A stretch of DNA of 64,000 bases from Octopus vulgaris (Eukaryota), in contig OX597828.1 in NCBI GenBank assembly GCA_951406725.2, positions 45,570,001-45,634,000 of the forward strand, read 5' to 3'. Shown here in pieces: positions 39,131 to 53,402 of the stretch. Positions within the stretch are counted from its first letter, which is position 1. Each line of letters opens with the position of its first letter. Below the pieces are notes generated by a model. The model saw only the letters and a program-made list of their open reading frames with translations, made no database searches and had not been told where the DNA came from. The position numbers were made by a program, and so were the translations under genes.

Positions 39131-39187
39131 ATCACATGCCCGAATGCAGAGAAAAACACAACCAACAGAAACCAGCGGTGTCGGTTT

Positions 39188-39425
39188 GCGGCGAGCGAGC
39201 TGGCAGAACGTTAGCACGCCGGGCGAAATGCTTAGCGGTATTTCGTCTGCCGTTACGTTGTGAGTTCAAATTCCGCCGAGGTCGACTTTGCCTTTCATCC
39301 TTTCGGGGTCGATAAATTAAGCACCAGTTACACACTGGGGTCGATGTAATCGACTTAATACCTATGTCTGTCCTTGTTTGTCCCCCTCTGTGTTTGGCCC
39401 CTTGTGGGTAGTAAAGAAATAGGTG
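39188..39425 (+). mobile_element. SINE family C, single unit
   Basis: Full head and body; flanked by a direct repeat GGTGTCGGTTTGCGGC at 39177 and 39422. Confidence 0.88.
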
Positions 39426-40350
39426 TCGGTTTGCGGCCCATTGTGCACGAGAGCGTAGGGAAAAAGTGATACTGATACTAAACCAAATGCCACAATGCTT
39501 GTTATCGTCGTATTTTTTGTTTTCGTTGCAATATGGCTCTAGGTAAGATTTGATCATGCAGACTTATCAAAGATGGTCCAACTGTGAAGATGCCATGTTT
39601 TATTTAGACATAGGGGATTTAGAACTACATTATACAATGTTCCTGTCATTATTAAAACAGTTGGGTGTGATTGCATTGAGGTTTGACAACTAATTCTCTA
39701 AATATCAAACGACCACCTTGCGGCTTTCTCGTTTGCTCATTTATTGTTTATGGAAAGAAATACGCATCATGTTGATGGGGGAAATCGTTTATTACATCGA
39801 TTCCAGTAATTGATATGTACGTATTTTATCGGTTCCAAAGAGATGAAAGCTAAAGTCACCTCTGGTGGGATTTGAACGCACAACCTACAGGCACGTAACT
39901 AAATACTGCTGAACATAAACTTCTCAGCCGTTGTTCTCTTTTGTTCATCCTTGGTAAAGGGGAATGTTGAGTGGGCTACGTACATACAGTGCAACAAGAG
40001 ACAGCATGATTACAGCCAGTGTGGCCTTGATCATAAATATAGTTGATTATGTTTGACCTGGGGCTAAACAATAGCAATAACTAATTTACTTAATCCAAGG
40101 ACAATCCCTCCATTCTTCTCTCAACCGTCCACCCGTATTAATATGATCTTGCTCCTGCTGTTATTGCCAAGTAAATTGTCTGTTCAACGTTTAAGTTTTA
40201 TTTCTCCATATAATCCGTTTGATCTTAACGACCAGCACAGCCTCACCTTCCATTTTTTTCAATTCTCAATTAACCATTGATGAAATTGTTTAACCATTGA
40301 TCTCTTCCTCTTCCACCACTACATCCTCCTTCTGCTGCTCCTACTCCTCC

Positions 40351-40428
40351 TCTTCTTCTTCTTCTTCTTCTTCTTCTTCTTCTTCTTCTTCTTCTTCTTC
40401 TTCTTCTTCTTCTTCTTCTTCTTCTTCT

Positions 40429-40475
<47 letters not shown>

Positions 40476-41270
40476 TCTTCTTACTTCTGTTTATTCTTCT
40501 TCTTTTTCTTCTTCCTCCTTTTCTTCTTCTTTTTCTCTTCTTACTTCTCTTTCTTCTTCTTCTTCTCCTTCTTCTTCTTCTTCTTCTTCTTCTTCTTCTT
40601 CTTCTTCCTTTTCTTCTTCTTTCTTCTTCTTCTTCTCCTTCTTCTTCTTCTTCTCCTTCTTCTTCCTTACTTCTTCCTTTTCTTCTTCTTTCCTTACTTC
40701 TTCCTTTTCTTCTTCTTCATCTTCTTCTTCCTTTTCTTCTTCTTCATCTTCTTCTTCCTTTTCTTCTTCTTCATCTTCTTCTTCTTCTTCTTCCTTTTCT
40801 TCTTCTTCATCTTCTTCTTCCTTTTCTTCTTCTTCATCTTCTTCTTCCTTTTCTTCTTCTTCATCTTCTTCTTCCTTTTCTTCTTCTTCTTCTTCTTCCT
40901 TTTCTTCTTCTTCATCTTCTTCTTCTTCTTCCTTTTCCTCTTCTTCTTCTTCTTCCTTTTCTTCTTCTTCCTCTTCTTCTTCTTCCTTTTCTTCTTCTTC
41001 TTCTTCTTCTTCTTCCTTTTCTTCTTCTTCATCTTCTTCATCTTCTTCCTTTTCTTCTTCTTCTTCTTCTTCTTCTTCTTCTTCTTCTTCTTCTTCTTCT
41101 TCTTCTTCTTCTTCTTCTTCTTCTTCTTCTTCTTCTTCTTCTTCTTCTTCTTCTTCTTCTTCTTCTTCTTCTTCTTCTTCTTCTTCTTCTTTCTTCTCTT
41201 CTTCTTCTTCTTTCTTCTTCTTCCTTCTTCTTCTTCTTCTTCTTCTTCTTCTTCTTCTTCTTCTTCCTTC
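40351..41270. repeat. ~0.9-kb (TCT)n polypyrimidine tract with TCCTTT/TCA interruptions
   Basis: Direct reading; explains the 396-aa poly-Ser and poly-Lys/Glu ORFs. Confidence 0.97.
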
Positions 41271-41974
41271 TTCATTTCTTTTTCTCTTTCTTTCTGTTTC
41301 TTTCTTTCATCCTCATCGTCGTCGTCATCATCATCCTCGTTGTCGTCGTCGTCGTCATCATCCTCATCATCCTTATTTCCTCCTCCTCCTTCTCCTCCTA
41401 CTTCTCCTCCTCCTCCTCCTACTTCTTCATCATCACTGCTCCTGGTATTGTCGATATTGTTGCTGCTGCTACTGCCGATGTCGATAATAATGCTGCTGCA
41501 GCGCTGCTGTTCATTATACCGAACTTGTTACCGTTGCTGTAATGGCCGCCGCCGCCGCTGCTGTAGATATTTATTAATGCATTGGTTGATATTATTATTA
41601 TTACTATTGCTATCATTAGTAATACTGTTGTTGTTGTTGAAATTGCTGTCGTTGCTATATTACCTTATGTTGTTGTTAATTCTTTGGCTTCTAATTGTTG
41701 ACATTACCGTTGTTGTCATTGCTGTTCTTCTGGTCGTCGTTGTCATTGTATCTCTGCTAATTCTCTCTATTCTCGCTGTCACATAGCTTTGTTGCTGTTG
41801 TTGTTGTTGTTGTTGTTGTTTCGTGTTATATTAGTTTCCTTCAAAGTAAGCCCAAAGCCAGAAGACGTAATTTTTATGTAATAATAATAATTGTTATTCG
41901 CTTTTCTTTTCATTGCAGCCACAAGGTCGACGGATGGACAATAGTACAATTTTAAACTGGTGGTGATGGTGATG

Positions 41975-42540
<566 letters not shown>

Positions 42541-42557
42541 TTATTATTATCATTATA

Positions 42558-42599
<42 letters not shown>

Positions 42600-42604
<5 letters not shown>

Positions 42605-42875
42605 CATCATCATCATTATTATTGAGTGAGAGAGCCGTGCATGCTATACCCAGCATGACTACCCGTCTGATAAGGGTACACCAGCCACATGCATCACAAC
42701 CATATGTGCGTGACGTGGTGATATCATATCAAGATAGACAGCACTTGGCCTTGCAGGTGGGGCCTAGTTAGCATTTTCTTCTAGTCGAGTAACCCATCCT
42801 GCTCAAAATATCCCTGAATAAGGATTGCTTAAGGGTGTTGAACGAACCACCCATGTTTCAAAGGTAAATTTTATT
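42600..42875 (-). mobile_element. Family D 3' end with (AAT)n tail
   Basis: Reverse complement of ~6120-6370. Confidence 0.7.
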
Positions 42876-42889
42876 GAATAAAATGTGCA

Positions 42890-43870
42890 TCTCTGTACAA
42901 AGCGGCTATCCAGCCACGGAAGACGGTACCAAAACCAGCCGCTCTGAGGACAGCCTCCAAGTATCGATGGTTTACCCTATCCAAATTGATCAGCGCCCCA
43001 CCCATGCCAGGTTTCTTAACTACCCTGTCTATGATGTAGCGCATCAGATGGAGGTTGTCATGGATGCTCCGGCTCGGCACAGCGCACGTTTGCGCCTTGT
43101 CGACCAGTTTCTCGATGACAAGCGCCAACCTCTTGGCTAACACCTTGGCTAACACCTTGGCCAAAATTTTCAAGTCTGCATTAAGCAGAGTGATGGACTG
43201 GTTTAGATCTTTCTTCTGCAGTGTTACGGCTCCTCGGGTCATAAAACCGGGGATGCTCCCGTTTTGCTGCCAGTTGCAGTACACCGCTGCCAAGACGTCT
43301 CCAAACAAGTCTGGCATACAACTGTAAAGCTCGTAGGATAGACCATCCAAACCCGGCGATTTAACCCTCGAGCATTCTACCATCGCGTCCCGCACTTCCG
43401 CCGCTGTGATGGCACCTTCGCAGAGCCCTGCCTCTCTTGTCGAGAGTCGTGGTAGGCTGTGTAGGTAGGCACTGAAGTCCACCCTACGTTCTTGCCCGCC
43501 ACTCGCCCCGAACAGTCGGGCAAAATGCTGTTGAAAAGCCTCACACATTTTACTTGGCTCAAGTAATTCGCATCCCTATTCATCTACCAGAGACAGAATG
43601 GTGTCTTTGCTGCCCTGTTGCGCCTCTGCCAACCGGGCCTCTCGCGCGGCTCCAACACCTTCGTTCCTTAGAGCACGCATCCTGGCTCTGACAACACAAC
43701 CCTTCGTGTTTGGCGTTGAAGTGTTGGTCGAGGGCCAACCTCGCCGCCAAAACGTCGGATGCGATGCCGCTTCTAATTGCCTCTTCTAGCTTCTTAACTA
43801 ACTCACCCTCTACTCTGTTTCTGTCTATGGCTAGTGCTTTGCTGTACCTAATTGCTTCTGCTTTTACTAC
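42890..43870 (-). pseudogene. Tx1/L1-type LINE reverse transcriptase fragment
   Basis: KSPGLDGLSYELY, ITLLNADLKILAKVLAKRL (AKVL duplicated), QTCAVPSRSIHDNL, LINLD..RVNHRYL; KAFD motif deleted. Confidence 0.88.
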
Positions 43871-43930
43871 TCACTTAATCATAATCCTAGTGTATTAAAA
43901 TACAAGCGAAAGGAACAGAGGGTTACTTAC

Positions 43931-44026
43931 TGCTCGAAAGTTTTTGCTTTCTCCTCCTTTGGTTTGTTCTCGAGGAGATCCCAGTAAAGTTTCTTCGTGA
44001 GGTATTTTTGACATTTACCAACCGCA
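43931..44026 (-). CDS. Candidate 96-nt internal exon of an unidentified gene
   Basis: Minus: cactaaaaggcattttccccag| ... GCA|gtaagt; length multiple of 3; two open frames (AVGKCQKYLTKKLYWDLLENKPKEEKAKTFE or RLVNVKNTSRRNFTGISSRTNQRRRKQKLSS). Confidence 0.5.
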
Positions 44027-44208
44027 CTGGGGAAAATGCCTTTTAGTGTGTGGTGCAGACTTCTTGAGATATGTAGTATTTTGGTGTGATCTGGTGGTGT
44101 ATGGGTGATTGTTTGTTTTTATGTCATCTTCTGTTATGTTTGTTTTTGTTTTGATGCATTGCATCAAATTTGTGTTTTTGGTGTCTATAGCTAAATAGAT
44201 AGATATAT

Positions 44209-44620
44209 GGCGGCGAGCTGGAAGAATCGTTGGCACACCGGGCGAAATGCTTAGCGGTATTTCGTCTGCCGCTACGTTCTGAGTTCTAATTCTGCCGAGG
44301 TGTTTGCCTTTCATCCTTTCGGGGTCGATTAAATAAGTACCAGTTACGCACTGGGGTTGATCTAATCGACTTAATCCGTTTGTATGTCCTTGTTTGTCTT
44401 CTCTGTGTTTAGCTCTTTGTGGGCAGTAAAGAAATAGGTATTTCGTCTGCCGTTACGTTCTGAGTTCAAATTCCGCTGAGGTCGACTTTGCCTTTCATCC
44501 ATTCGGGGTCGATTAAATAAGTACCTGTTACGCACTGGGGTCGATGCAACAGACTTAATCTCTTTGTCCGTCCTTGTTTGTCGCCTCTGTATTTAGCCCC
44601 TTGTGGACAATAAAGAAATA
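44209..44620 (+). mobile_element. SINE family C, two tandem body units
   Basis: Head then GGTATTTCGTCTGCCG repeated ~182 bp apart. Confidence 0.88.
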
Positions 44621-44634
44621 TGTATAAATATTTA

Positions 44635-44705
<71 letters not shown>

Positions 44706-45149
44706 ACATACATACATACATACGCACATATGCGTATATTTGTAGGCACATAAAAAAACATCCACGTACCTATATGCACATATATACGTATGTTTATATA
44801 GATGCACACAAGCACACGTACGATTTAAACTTATCCTGAACGCAGCCTCCAGAGACCGATGGAATCTGAATCATTATACAAAAAAAGTGATGAATAAACA
44901 GTTAACAATAAGTTAAGATATTCAGAACTGCCACGTCCGATTACTTGATAAATATGGAACAGCTGAGAGATACAGTTCAGGAAAATCTCATCAAGTGTGA
45001 AAATATCTGTTTAGCACTGGGACAGATAACAAACCGATCTCCCGATATGTTTTGTCTGCCAGATTCGGTGATTGAGATGAAAAAGTAATCGTATGGTGTC
45101 ATCTTGCAAATACAAGGCAGCAGTAAGGCAGGCCAGCACGGGTTGATAT

Positions 45150-45840
45150 TTTGTTTCTTTTCTACTCTAAGCACAAGGCCCGATATATTTGGGGAGGCGG
45201 CCAGTCGATTAGATCGATCCCAGTACGTAACTCGTACTTAATTTATCGAGCCCGAAGCAATTAAAGGCAAAGTCGACCTCGGTGGAATTTGAACTCAGAA
45301 CGTAAAGACAGACGGAATACCTATTTCTTTACTACCCACAAGGGGCTAAACACAGAGAGGACAAACAAAGACAGACAAAGGGATTAAGTCGATTATATCG
45401 CCCCCAGTGCGTAACTGGTACTTATTTAATCGACTCGCGAAAGGATGAAAGGCAAAGTCGACCTCGACAGGATTTGAACTCGGAACGTAACGGCAGACGG
45501 AATACCGCTAAGCTTTTCGCCCGGCGCGCTAACGTTTCTGCCAGCTCGCCGCCTTGATATTCTTTTCTACTCTAGATACAAGGCACAAAATTTGGGGGCG
45601 GGGCCCAGCCGATTGAATCCACCCTAGTACGCAACTGGTACTTAATTTATCGATCCACAAAACCCAAAAATTGGGTGTGGGGAGGTCGGTTGATTAGATC
45701 GAACCCAGTACGCAACTAGTACTTAATTTATCGAGTCCGAAAGGATGAAAGAAAAATTCGACCTCGGCGGAATTTGAACCCAGAACGTAAAGGCAGACGA
45801 AATACCTATACTACTAACGTTTCTGCCATTTCGCCGCCTT
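45150..45840 (-). mobile_element. Cluster of SINE family C copies
   Basis: Two heads (ending ~45554 and ~45840) with duplicated body segments. Confidence 0.82.
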
Positions 45841-46022
45841 GAGCACACGTCGACACTGTAAAAGAATACGTTGGATGCCGAGCGTTAATATTCCTGATAA
45901 TGATATGTGTATGTATGTACGTATGTAAGTATGTATGTATATGTGTGTGTATGTACATGTGTGTTTGTATGTGTGTATGCATGTATATATATGTATACAT
46001 ACATACACACACACACACATAT

Positions 46023-46306
46023 ACTCTCTTTTACTCTCTTTTACTTGTTTCAGTCATTTTACTGCGGACATGCTGGAGCATCGCCTTTAGTCGAGCAAAT
46101 CGACCCCGGGACTTATTCTTTGTAAGCCCAGTACTTATTCTATCGGTCTCTTTTGCCGAACCGCTAAGTGACGGGGACGTAAACACACCAGCATCGGTTG
46201 TCAAACAATGCTAGGGGGACAAACACAAACACACAAACACACACACACATACATATATATATATACATATATACGACAGGCTTCTTTCAGTTTCCGTCTA
46301 CCAAAC

Positions 46307-46366
<60 letters not shown>

Positions 46367-46803
46367 ATACACACGTACATATATATGTACATATATACGT
46401 ACATATATACACACACATACACACACATACATTCTTTTATTCTTGTACTTGTTTCAGTCATCTGACTGTGGCCATGCTGGAGCAACGCCTTTAGTAGAAC
46501 AAATCGACCCCGGGACTTATTCTTTGGAAGCCTAGTACTTATTCTATCGTTCTCTTTTGCTGAACCTCTAAGCATCGGTTGTCAAGCAATTTTGGAGCGA
46601 CAAACACAGACACACAAACATATATACACACATACATATATACATATATACGACAGGCTTCTTTCAGTTTCCGTCTACCAAATCCACTTACAAGGCTTTG
46701 GTCGGCCCGTGGCTATAGCAGAAGACACTTGCCCAAGTTACCATGCAGTGGGACTGAACCCGGAACCATGTGGTTCGAAAGCAAGCTACTTACCACACAG
46801 CCG
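46023..46803 (-). mobile_element. Two tandem SINE A copies (first lacks head)
   Basis: Tails at ~46023 and ~46432. Confidence 0.85.
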
Positions 46804-47219
46804 TGTATATATATATATGTACATGCACACACATAAAACTATATATACACATATATATGTGCATATGTATGTATGTCATCATTATAATCATCATATAACG
46901 TCCTCTGTCCCCACTGGCATGGGTTGGACGGTTTGACCAGGGCTCACAAGCTGGAGAGATGCACCAGGCTCCTGTCCGGTTTCGCGTGGTGTCTACGGCT
47001 GGTTGTCCTTCCTAACGCCAAACCGCTTTACAGAGTGCGTTGGGTGTCTATAATGGCACCATACGACAGCTCTTACATGGAATCGGCACGATTACTTTCT
47101 ATGTTGCACCAGCAATCCTGTTCTCCACGGTGAGTGACCTTAACATTTCTGCTGTGGAGTACGGGTCTTGAGTGCAGCAAGGTACCTAGTATGTCGCCAG
47201 TTATGTATCCATGTATATA

Positions 47220-47450
47220 TTTCTTTACTACCCACAAGGGGCTAAACACAGAGGGGACAAACAAGGACAGACAAACGGATTAAGTCTGTTACATCGATCC
47301 GAGTGCGTAACTGGAACTTAATTTATCGACCCCGAAAGGAGGAAAGGCAAAGTCGACCTCGACGGAATTTGAACTCAGAACGTAACGGCAGACGAAATAC
47401 GGCTACGCATTTCGCCCGGCGTGCTAACGTTTCTGCCAGCTCGCCGCCTT
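47220..47450 (-). mobile_element. SINE family C with TSD
   Basis: Single unit flanked by TTATGTATCCATGTATA at 47201 and ~47450. Confidence 0.9.
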
Positions 47451-47784
47451 TATGTATCCATGTATAGGTGCATACGAGGTGCATTCCAGAAGTTTTGAGA
47501 CATTTTGAGGAGAGGCAGTCTGAGATAATTGTGAATTTAATATATCATCACAATAAATCTATTAAGCTGACCTGCTGGCTATTTTTATTCCTGATTGAAG
47601 GAGACGGCTGTAACAATACTTTGAACACACTCTACTGAACACCGCTGGTCACAGCTGATTAATTTGCTGTAAAATGCAGTCGAGGCGTGAAGGCAATTTG
47701 GAAGCTCGCTAGCAATTAAGATTTGTGTTAAACTGGGGGGAAAAGAGTTCTAAGAAAATTTACGAAATGCTCCAAACTGCTTTT

Positions 47785-48013
47785 TACTCTTTTACTCTTT
47801 TACTCTTTTACTTGTTTCAGTCATTTGACTGCGGCCATGCTGGAACACCGCCTTTTAATCGAGCAACTCGACCCCGGGACTTATTCTTTTGTAAGCACAG
47901 TACTTATTCTCTCGGTCTCTTTTGTCGAACCGCTAAGTAACGGGGACATAAACACACCAGCATCGGTTGTCAATCAATGCTAGGGGACAAACACAGACAC
48001 ACAAACACACACA

Positions 48014-48074
<61 letters not shown>

Positions 48075-48233
48075 GACGGGCTTCTTTCAGTTTCCGTCCA
48101 CCAAATCCACTCACAAGGCTTTGGTCGGCCCGAGGCTATAGTAGAAGACACTTGTCCAAGGTGCCACGCAGTGGGACTGAACCCGGAACCATGTGGTTGG
48201 TAGACAAGCTACTTACTCACACAGCCACTCCTG
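47785..48233 (-). mobile_element. SINE family A nested in mariner
   Basis: Full family A structure. Confidence 0.88.
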
Positions 48234-49095
48234 CTTATGTATTAACTTGTATAAGCTGAGCACCAGTTTTTCACTGGCACAAGCGATGGTGGAGAGGAGA
48301 TGCGACAAGATGAAATGAGTAGGAAGGAAATGGGCGTCAGAGCATCAGGGCTGGTTGAGAAAGTCCGCAATTTTCTGGATGATGACTGTTGTGTCTATAA
48401 ATACCATAAGTACACAATGTGAGGTTGGTGTGGCAACTGGAAACAGAATTATTCATGAAGAACTGAACAAGCGCAAGATTTAGTCCAACGGTGCTCAGTG
48501 ATGCACAGGAAAGACGCTTTGATAACAGCAAGGAGGCAGTTAAGCTCACTACCCACCCCCAATTCAAAAGTAGTTGAGTCGCTGATGACCTGCGACGAAT
48601 GCTGGATCTACTGTTGCGAGCCAGAGACTGAGTGCCGAAGGAAAGCATCCTGGCTCCTCTCGACCCAAGAAATTCAGGCAGAGCAAGTTCCTTGGTAAGT
48701 AAGCTCAGGATGATCCACCTTTCTCAACAGCAAGGGCATCATCCACAGTCATTGGCTTCCCTCTGGCCAGACAGTCTACGAAGACTAGTTTGTGAAGGTT
48801 TTGAGGGAGTTCGGGAATATATATCGTCGCAAAAGGCCAGAACTCTTCCACTCGGGTCGGTGGCACCTGCACCAGGACGGTGCACCAGACCACAATTCAT
48901 TCTCGTGACCAGCTACTTGAGAAAGATGAGCATTAAGACCGCTCTTCACCCACTAAATCTTGATCGCTGTGACTTGGTTGGTTTTTTAACTGAAACAGCA
49001 ATCCTTTTGATGACATCGAAAAGATGAAGACTATAATAATGGTCCTGGAAACCTTCACTTTAGAGGACTTCCATGGCACCTTCACAATGTGGTGG

Positions 49096-49606
49096 CTTCT
49101 TCTTCTTCTTCTTCTTCTTCTTCTTCTTCTTCTTCTTCTTCTTCTTCTTCTTCTTCTTCTTCTTCTTCTTCTTCTTCTTCTTCTGCTTCTTCCAATCAGG
49201 ACTCACGCCATTAGCCACAAAGAATAATCTCTAATTCGAGCCTACTCTAAGCTACTAAGAATGGGTGTGGAAACTTGAAGTTCCATCCACCACATGCGAT
49301 AGACTGGCGGTTGTACGGGCGTAAAGCTACGTTGTTACCCTCATTCCGTAAACTAGGGTCTGAAAGTTTTACCACACCATAGTGGGTTGCACTATGGTTC
49401 CTCTGCTTTGTGGCAGAAGTAGGAAGAAAGAGTGAAAGAAAGTTGTGATGAAAGAGTACAGTGGGGTTCACCACCTCCCCCCGCCGGAGGCTCGTGATCT
49501 TAGGTATTTTTGGTCAATAAACATTTACAATGTCTGGTCTGGGAATCGAAACCGCGTTCTTACGACAGCGAGTCCGCTGCCCTAACCACTGGGCCAATGC
49601 GCCTCC
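49096..49606 (-). mobile_element. SINE family B variant with different 3' module and (AAG)n tail, nested in mariner
   Basis: B head at 49540-49606; TTCAC(A/G)ATGTGG direct repeat at 49081 and 49608. Confidence 0.8.
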
Positions 49607-49742
49607 ATTCACGATGTGGCTGGAGCGCTGCAAGTGCCCTGAAAATCAAAGGATTCTACTTTGAAGGAGATTAGAGTTTCGTATTTCTTTGAAACTAATA
49701 AATGTCTCTCTTGAGAAAGGCCTAAAAACTTCTGGAATGCAC

Positions 49743-49823
<81 letters not shown>

Positions 49824-50090
49824 TATGGCGTCATATCTCTTGCTGAAATATCGGCGCTCGGAGATTTTCTTTGCATTTCTTTCAAATACCAGTCAGAGCA
49901 CTTTCTGTATTGGTAAAACAACAAAGCAAACAAATACTTGCAATAAATTATTCTCGTCAGAGTCATCTTCTTTCTTATCTTTAAGTATCTGGAAAAATAA
50001 ATGTAGTTATACACATACATACATACACACATACGTACATACCTAAATACGTATATATTCATACATATATATATGTATATATATATAGAG

Positions 50091-50131
<41 letters not shown>

Positions 50132-50156
50132 TAGATATATATATTTATATATATAA

Positions 50157-50195
<39 letters not shown>

Positions 50196-50230
50196 CATAT
50201 ATATATATATACATACATATATATATACAC

Positions 50231-50262
<32 letters not shown>

Positions 50263-50842
50263 GCATATGAACACAGATGTATGCTACATATGCCTCTATA
50301 CACGAATAATTTTTTCACTGGGATATTCACTGTCTGTTTACTTGTGTGTGTCTTTTTTTTATTAATATCCAAATATACATATATAATACACATCTACACA
50401 ATAACACATCTACATAGTCACACACACCGCACACACACACACACATGTACGCACACACACACATATGTATGAATAATGTTAGAACTATTGTCAGTAAATA
50501 AGATCTACCGGGAAAGTTTCTTTTTTTTTCAATCATGATCCTTAATGGAATCAATGAAAATACAGTTGATTGTGGTGCAGTATCGTTGGCGAACATAATC
50601 AATTCACCCTCATAAAGGTAAATAAAAACGAGAAGTCGAAAGTAAAACAGACACATAAATAACCCACTCTTATATAACTATTGTGAGTCTTTGTCGATGT
50701 ACAGAGAATTGGATAAAACATAGTCTAACACGGGAGATGGAGTAAAAGTACTTTAGAAAAAGAGAAAGCTACTTTACCAGTCATTCCGTAAATCACGCCA
50801 GGATAAGAAAAATACCTTACAATTAAAAGCAAATTTGAAGAT

Positions 50843-50877
<35 letters not shown>

Positions 50878-51580
50878 GGCGTCATCGTCGTCATCGTCGT
50901 CATAAATCGCACGCCTGCAGCGCATTGGTGACAGTACAAAGAAAGTCTTTCTGATTAAGCGCCATTTCTCCAGCTATCTTGCCAAACTTATCCAAAGAGC
51001 TCGTGATATTGTCTATCAATTGCGTTCTTTGCTTGCCTCTTGATCTCCTACCCTCTAGTCTCCTTTCCATGAAAATGTTTTCCAGACCTCTGTTTCTTCG
51101 AATATAGCCATAATAGACGAGCTTTTGTTTCTTTCACAGTGTATTTCACCTACTTGTAACACCCAGGCATTTGTCGGTGGTTCTTGCAAGAAACTCGTAT
51201 TATTTTCCTATACATCCAACTTTGAACGTATTAACTGTATATTCCTCAAATTTATTCAGAGTCCATGCTTCACACCCATGGATACCTATTGGTCAGACTT
51301 GAAGAACATTATGCAAAGCCTAGGCACATCTGAAGTTGTATGTTTAAATCGTAGTTTTCTTAACCAAACAGAGTTCGAACGCTCTTCGCGACGATTTGGA
51401 CGAGTGGTGAGAAGAATGGGCCTTCTACTATGTTTTGACTGCCAAATTTTTGACAGTGCAGTCCTGTTGATGGACATTACATGAGAACGTCTCATATCTT
51501 TCATGTTCAAAACAATTAGATGGTCGTGTATGGAACACCTTTGGCCATATGTAGAGTCGGATCTATAAATAAACAGTACC
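50843..51580 (-). pseudogene. RTE LINE 3' relic with (GAC)n tail
   Basis: Minus: TALSKIWQS, GCEAWTLNK, KLVYYGYIRR..LEGRRSRGKQRTQLIDNI. Confidence 0.75.
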
Positions 51581-51684
51581 ATTCCCAACAGCAACGGCAT
51601 GGGAAAAAACGGCAACAACAACAACAACATCAAAAACCACGTCACCAAAACTAACTACACACGCGTTTCTACAACACGTCTTAC

Positions 51685-52040
51685 CGTTTATCCTTTGTTT
51701 CAGGTATTAGACTGCGGGCATTGTTGTGCGACCACTGCTTAGTTTCATTTAAAATGTGGCCCTTAATCTGTCGGTCTCTTTTACCCAACCACAAAGTTAC
51801 GGGGGTGTAAACACACCAACACCGGTTATCAAACGATAGTTAAGACCATATACAAATGTAGAGATACACGCTCATACGAGGGACTTTTACACAATTTTCG
51901 CTTACCAAATTCCCATCACAAGCAATTGGTCGGCCCGGAACTATAGTAGAAGACATTTATTCAAGATGCCGTTCAGAAGGACTGAACCCAAAACCATGCG
52001 GTTTACAATACGAGCTTCTCAACCTAGTACTCGTGCTTGT
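51685..52040 (-). mobile_element. SINE family A, strongly diverged
   Basis: TCGGTCTCTTTT, TAAACACACCAACACCGGTT, CTATAGTAGAAGACA motifs. Confidence 0.65.
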
Positions 52041-52516
52041 ATCTTTACAACAGATATACTGCAAAATTTATCGCTTGTGGTGAGTCAACAGTGATTTACA
52101 TATATATATATGTATGTGTGTGTGTGTGTGTGTGGATTGACAAGCCGTGTGTAACGCTCGTAAACCTCACTACCAACCAATAATTTGTGAAATTATTTGG
52201 AAGATGAAAAGAGTATTGATACCGATATTTAAATGCGTGTGTGTGTATGCGCGCACGCACGTGTATATACATAAGAATTTATGTGTGTGTGTGTGTCATT
52301 TTTGCTTGTGCTTTCACCATTCGGCTTTTTTCAGTCTCCGTAACTTAGTGAATCGGCAAAGAAGACCCGCAAAATAAGTATCACACGTTTGAATAAGTAC
52401 TGAGGTGGAATCTTTTGATTAAACCCTTCAAGTCTGTGTCGCAGCGTTGCAGCAGACCCACGAGGGGAAAGTAGCAAAGAAATAAACGTCTATACCAACA
52501 CACACACACAAACATA

Positions 52517-52613
52517 CACTGTAATACTTCATTTACGAGGACCCGCATTACGAGACCCCGGGTTTACGAGCGTTCTCCAGAAATTAATTTACCCGTATAT
52601 CGAAGCATTACTG
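52517..52613. mobile_element. Tigger/pogo-like MITE
   Basis: Imperfect TIRs GTAATACTTC-ATTTACG / CGTATATCGAAGCATTACTG with TA flanks; similar CAGTAGTACCTCGGTTTACG ends at ~27449 and ~27530. Confidence 0.5.
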
Positions 52614-52629
52614 TACATACACCTACGCG

Positions 52630-52682
<53 letters not shown>

Positions 52683-53402
52683 TCAGTCATGTATTTGTTT
52701 ATTTATTTTCAACTACTTTACATAAGAAATACTTTCATACCTACCAACCAACCTACCTACCTACCTACCTACATACATACATACATAATACATACATACA
52801 TACATACATAATACATACATGTGAAGGCAAGTGGCCTAGTGGTTAAGGTGCTGCACTCAAGATTTCTAAATCGTGGGTTCGATTACTCGACCGAGTGGCG
52901 CGACGCGCTGTTTCTTTGAGCAAATCACTTAATTCCATTTCCGAGTTCATCTGAGATCTTAGACCAGAGACGGCCAAGGTACTTCTTGAAAACATCTACT
53001 CCAACTCCATGTAAATCTCTTGGGGTTTTTTTTTTGCACGATAATAAATAGTTGATATACACAACTTATAACGGAAATGATGGTAAGATTTCTCAGCGAC
53101 CGCTGTAAAATATCAATATATGACACGACCACGTGACATATATACATACATACATACATACATACATACATGAATGCTACAAAATGAATATATTAATTTT
53201 TATCGATCTCTGAGGAATTAAAGATGAACTCAGGTGTGATGGGAAATGACACAGAACGTAAAAGAACATAATTGAATAATACAAGAATCTTCTGATCCTG
53301 TTAATCCTTTTGTCTTGTATTTGTACAACAAATACAGTAATAGGGAACATAGCAAATATGTTGTTGTTGTTGTTTCTTTTTGGTTTTGCTTTTGTTTAGT
53401 TA

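Larger units (their letters stand above)
47475..49746 (+). mobile_element. Decayed mariner transposon with nested SINEs
   Basis: TA-flanked TIRs CGAGGTGCATTCCAGAAGTTTT / AAAACTTCTGGAATGCACTTCA; pieces IKICVKLG..IYEMLQTAF, LMTCDECWIYCCEPET, WHLHQDGAPDH. Confidence 0.88.

Noticed and set aside
40297-41487. 396-aa Ser-rich ORF (and antisense Lys/Glu-rich ORF)
   Set aside because: Pure translation of a (TCT)n tract.
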